A stretch of 63,289 nt of DNA, from contig JAVCDJ010000028.1 of NCBI GenBank assembly GCA_030765845.1, positions 1-63,289 on the forward strand, written 5' to 3'. The notes beneath the pieces are model-generated. The model did no database searches. It was not told where the DNA came from and saw only the letters and a list, made by a program, of their open reading frames with translations. Source of the DNA: Candidatus Stygibacter australis (GTDB lineage: Bacteria; Cloacimonadota; Cloacimonadia; Cloacimonadales; TCS61). The position numbers and the translations under genes are program-made. The first letter of the stretch is position 1. The number at the start of each line of letters is the position of its first letter. Positions 59,939 to 63,289 of this stretch are shown one piece after another.

Positions 59939-61267
59939 TTATTTAGAGAGTTTCCTCTTTAATGCCTTCACTTCTTCGCGTAGCTCTTTGATCCTGAACT
60001 CTCTGCCAATAAACAGCTTATTATATCTCTGCAATTCGGCATTTTTTTCTTCCAGGTCTTGTGTCCTCTGCAAAACAAGCTCTTCCAGTTTCTCACGATA
60101 TTGTTTCAATTCTGTGATATCCACGTGAGTTCCTACAATACGCACTGCTTTACCGTTTTTATCCAGAACTTTATTTGCTCTTGAGAGAATATCCACCCAG
60201 TGACCATCTTTATGCTTCATTTTAAATTCAATCTCTAAACGATCAATTTTCCCTTTAAGTAAATCATCAACCATCTTCATAGTGATATCGACATCATCTG
60301 GATGAGTGAGTCTTTCCCATTCCGAAAGAATATTTGATACTTCATCATCTTCGTATCCCAGCATTTTCTTCCAGTGTGGAGAATAATAAACTTGATCTGT
60401 TTTGAGATTCCAGTCAAAAAGACCATCATTAGTTGCTTTAATCGCCTGCTGAAAGCGTTCTTCACTCTCGGCAAGAGATTGTTCCAATTTCTTTTCTTCC
60501 GTTACATCCAGATTGAGAACTATTGCTCCTTCAATTTTACTCTCATTATTCATTACCGGAGCAGTATAATTCAGGATCAGTTTCTTTTTCCCATCAAAGG
60601 CTTCAATTTCCAAAAGCTCATTTTCAATTGTCACACCTTCTTTGATAGTATGTGCCAAAGCCCAGTCCTCGGGCAAGATCTCTTCGTGTCCGGGCATGCG
60701 CCAGGCTTTAAATACTCCATATTCTTCCATGCTAACGTGTGGCTCTGCACCCCAGATTTTTACTCCGGCAGGATTTCCACTCACCAGCTTACCATTTTCA
60801 TCCGTTATCCATAAACCTATTGGCAGCAGATCAAATATTTTCTGCAATTGCAGTTCTTTTTTCATTAATGCCGAACTTGTGTCCTTAAGATCTGTGATAT
60901 CTTTTCCAGAACTCAGCAAGCCCGTTACATTATTTTTCCTGTCATATGTAATGGAATTATGCCACAAGATAGTTTTTAATTCTCCAGTACTGGTTAACAC
61001 TTCATTTTCAAAGAATTCTACTGATGTGATCTCTCCAGAAATTAATTTTGCAAAAACAGCTCTGATCTCTTCCCCTTCTGATCCGGGAATAAAACTCTTA
61101 AACCAGTTCTTTCCAGTGATCTCGTCTATGGGAAAGCCCAATATTTCAGAAGCTTTCGCATTTGCCAGGATAACAATTCCCATTTTATCAAGTCCAATAA
61201 ACATGCCACTGGAAATATCAAGACATTGCTGTAATAAACTTTCTTTTTCTAAATGTCTAAAACGCAT
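59939..61267 (-). CDS. multi-PAS sensor protein without catalytic output domain
   Basis: Three PAS/PAC repeats (WHNS...GKDITD; LPIGLWITD; DGLFDWNL...VGTHVDITE); ends GREFRIKEL; ATG 61267 chosen from the GGGAG spacing. Confidence 0.87.
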   Translation of the reverse strand: MRFRHLEKESLLQQCLDISSGMFIGLDKMGIVILANAKASEILGFPIDEITGKNWFKSFIPGSEGEEIRAVFAKLISGEITSVEFFENEVLTSTGELKTILWHNSITYDRKNNVTGLLSSGKDITDLKDTSSALMKKELQLQKIFDLLPIGLWITDENGKLVSGNPAGVKIWGAEPHVSMEEYGVFKAWRMPGHEEILPEDWALAHTIKEGVTIENELLEIEAFDGKKKLILNYTAPVMNNESKIEGAIVLNLDVTEEKKLEQSLAESEERFQQAIKATNDGLFDWNLKTDQVYYSPHWKKMLGYEDDEVSNILSEWERLTHPDDVDITMKMVDDLLKGKIDRLEIEFKMKHKDGHWVDILSRANKVLDKNGKAVRIVGTHVDITELKQYREKLEELVLQRTQDLEEKNAELQRYNKLFIGREFRIKELREEVKALKRKLSK

Positions 61268-61439
61268 AAACACTCCCTCAAAATTGAGATTACTTAACTA
61301 AGACAATATGTAGCAGAATTCAAATTTATAGTCAACTAAAATAAATTTAAAGGGACAATTATCATTCTGATCAGGGATACCATTTGACACATAATCCCTG
61401 CTAAAATAATCAGACATAAAATTATTAAGGAGTATAGGA

Positions 61440-62186
61440 ATGGAAAATAAGATTCTTGCAAAAGTGAATGGCAAAGAAATCTCTCTGCTGGATGTGGAAA
61501 ATTTTATCCAGAGACTCGAACCTCAAACTGCAGCCCAATATAGAAATGAAGAAGGTATTAAACACGTATTGAACGAACTCATCAATCAGGAATTATTCTT
61601 AAATGACGCTATTGAACGCAAGCTTGATGAAACTGAATCCTATCAGCAGGAAATGGCAAAAGCACGAGATTTTATCCTCACGCAGCTGAACATCAACAGC
61701 GTTATGGCGGCAACTAAGATCAATAATGACGATTTACGCGCTCATTTTAATCAGGATCCCACAAAATTCGGGAAAAAAGAAACCGCTGATACAAGCCATA
61801 TCCTGGTGGATTCTGAAGAGCTGTGCCTTGAACTGAGAAATAAGATTGTTAGTGAAGAGATCAGTTTTGAAGATGCTGCCAAACAGCATTCAACCTGTCC
61901 TTCTAATGAACGCGGTGGAACCCTTGGCAGTTATGAAAGGGGACAAATGGTACCTGAATATGACAACATAGCTTTCACTTTAGCCATAAATGAAATCTCA
62001 ATACCCGTAAAAACTCAGTTCGGCTATCATCTGATCAAGCTTAACAGCAAAACTGAAAGTGAAAAACCAGTATTTGATAAAGTCAAAGATAAGGTAAAAA
62101 AAGACTTAAGCTCTCAGCTGCAGCGGGAAACATATCTCGCCAAGGTTAATGAAATGAGGAAGAAATTCCTGGTTGAGATGTTTTAA
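61440..62186 (+). CDS. parvulin/PpiC-type peptidyl-prolyl isomerase, no signal peptide
   Basis: SHILV, FEDAAKQHSTCPS.ERGG.LG, GQMVPEYD..AF, PVKTQFGYHLIK. Confidence 0.93.
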   Translation: MENKILAKVNGKEISLLDVENFIQRLEPQTAAQYRNEEGIKHVLNELINQELFLNDAIERKLDETESYQQEMAKARDFILTQLNINSVMAATKINNDDLRAHFNQDPTKFGKKETADTSHILVDSEELCLELRNKIVSEEISFEDAAKQHSTCPSNERGGTLGSYERGQMVPEYDNIAFTLAINEISIPVKTQFGYHLIKLNSKTESEKPVFDKVKDKVKKDLSSQLQRETYLAKVNEMRKKFLVEMF

Positions 62187-62217
62187 GAGCAATATTACTT
62201 TTACTCACGCATAAATT

Positions 62218-62254
62218 TACCGGCTGGTGGAAATCTACCAGCCGGTATTATTTT
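62218..62254 (+). terminator. Rho-independent terminator after the PPIase gene
   Basis: TACCGGCTGGTGG-AAAT-CTACCAGCCGGTA followed by TTATTTT. Confidence 0.8.
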
Positions 62255-62382
62255 CAGGTTAATTTACTCTCAATTTTGTCTTTATTCCCTGCTGATTTCC
62301 CCTGTATTTTGAAGATGGAAACTGCCTAACAATCAGATATTATATGAGTTAAGTATGATTCCAGTTGTTAATTTTCTCAATC

Positions 62383-62575
62383 TCATTAACCACCGATTTT
62401 AATCGGTGGGCTGAATATAACAAAAACATATTGTGGCTTCAGCCACTTTTATAATTCTATGCTTAGATTATTCATTTGAAAATTTCATAAATATTTATAT
62501 AAGTTGTTGAAGTCACTAAAGTGACTACACATCTTTTGTATTCAATGCCCACCAACTGAAGTTGGTGGTTAATGA
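62383..62575. repeat. four-hairpin palindromic cassette (REP/IS200-IS605-end-like)
   Basis: Two inverted ~66-bp units, each with an 8-bp and a 5-bp hairpin closed by TTYA loops. Confidence 0.8.
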
Positions 62576-62791
62576 AAATGGCTTAATATAATAATTCAGC
62601 GCTGACGCAATTGCAATTAATTTCGAGGGGATGCGTGAATATCAGGAAGGTCTTGGATGGTGGAAACTAAACTGTCTTCTTTCGGGAAATCAGAGAGTAT
62701 AACAAAAAAAGATTGACCCTTTGCAGGCAAGGGATATAAATTTGCTTTAGTGAGAATTTTGCAGCTGGAGAAGAAAATATCTGGAGGAATT

Positions 62792-63241
62792 ATGGGTTCT
62801 GGATCAAATGATTTATTACGGCAGATTTTTAACGGTGATTCAATCATTATTATAATGATGGCAGCATTTTTACTGGTCATCACGATTGTGATCATTATGG
62901 CTTTAAAGATCAAGAAAGAGAATGAGGAAGCTGAAGGTATTCAATCAGAGAAGAATCGCATTGGCAGGGGAATTGCGACCTTTATGCCCTTGGGTTTTGC
63001 TATATCGTTACCCATTGGTATTGCTTTGAAACAAATCATTGTGGGGATAGTTTTAGGCCCGGCATTCGGATTGGCTCTGGGAGTGGTGATAGGTTCAATG
63101 AAAGAGAAGAAGCTGAGAAAGGAAAAACGACCACTTACTCCAAGAGAGATCAAATTTAAAGTTGTTTCGCAGTTAATGCTGACTGGTTTAATTGCTTTAG
63201 GAGCTATTTTATATTGGATAACTTATTTTGTACTTAGATGA
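62792..63241 (+). CDS. hypothetical membrane protein (~4 TM)
   Basis: ATG after GGAGG; hydrophobic Gly-rich helices (GIATFMPLGFAI, GIVLGPAFGLALG). Confidence 0.75.
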   Translation: MGSGSNDLLRQIFNGDSIIIIMMAAFLLVITIVIIMALKIKKENEEAEGIQSEKNRIGRGIATFMPLGFAISLPIGIALKQIIVGIVLGPAFGLALGVVIGSMKEKKLRKEKRPLTPREIKFKVVSQLMLTGLIALGAILYWITYFVLR

Positions 63242-63289
63242 TTTAATAAACTATTTATTCAGAATCGAAAAGGTAATATAAAAAATAAA

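Overview
AT-rich, mostly chromosomal core region. The taxon is probably a diderm anaerobe of the FCB group such as Candidatus Cloacimonadota; this is an inference from gene content (lolA, outer-membrane barrels, DUF3098, short RpoD, ptb, Na+-type F-ATPase) and no search was run. In order: (1) a translation cluster (rplI, rpe, ffh, rpsP-khpA-rimM-trmD-SPOUT-rplS, efp); (2) ptb-rlmH; (3) a minus-strand rsmG-parA-parB-M23-atpZIBEEFHAGDC-glycoside hydrolase run with three parS sites, so probably origin-proximal; (4) a partner-switching pair; (5) hrcA-grpE-dnaK-dnaJ-rsmE with a CIRCE; (6) a plus-strand run acyP...dxs-mnmE-ychF-ftsK-lolA-manC; (7) an accessory-looking 13 kb end with a sigma54 two-component system, two PAS-only sensors, HD/HAD/ABC-F genes and several palindromic repeats. 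No rRNA, tRNA, CRISPR array or transposase was seen. The best novelty candidate is the F-type ATP synthase. It carries a normal two-carboxylate Na+-type c subunit plus a triple-hairpin 253-aa c subunit with only one carboxylate, and its a subunit has a ~190-aa soluble insert. Other leads are two REC-PP2C-HATPase paralogs with reciprocally degenerate catalytic domains, a structured 375-bp element bounded by direct repeats, and repeats showing compensatory base changes.
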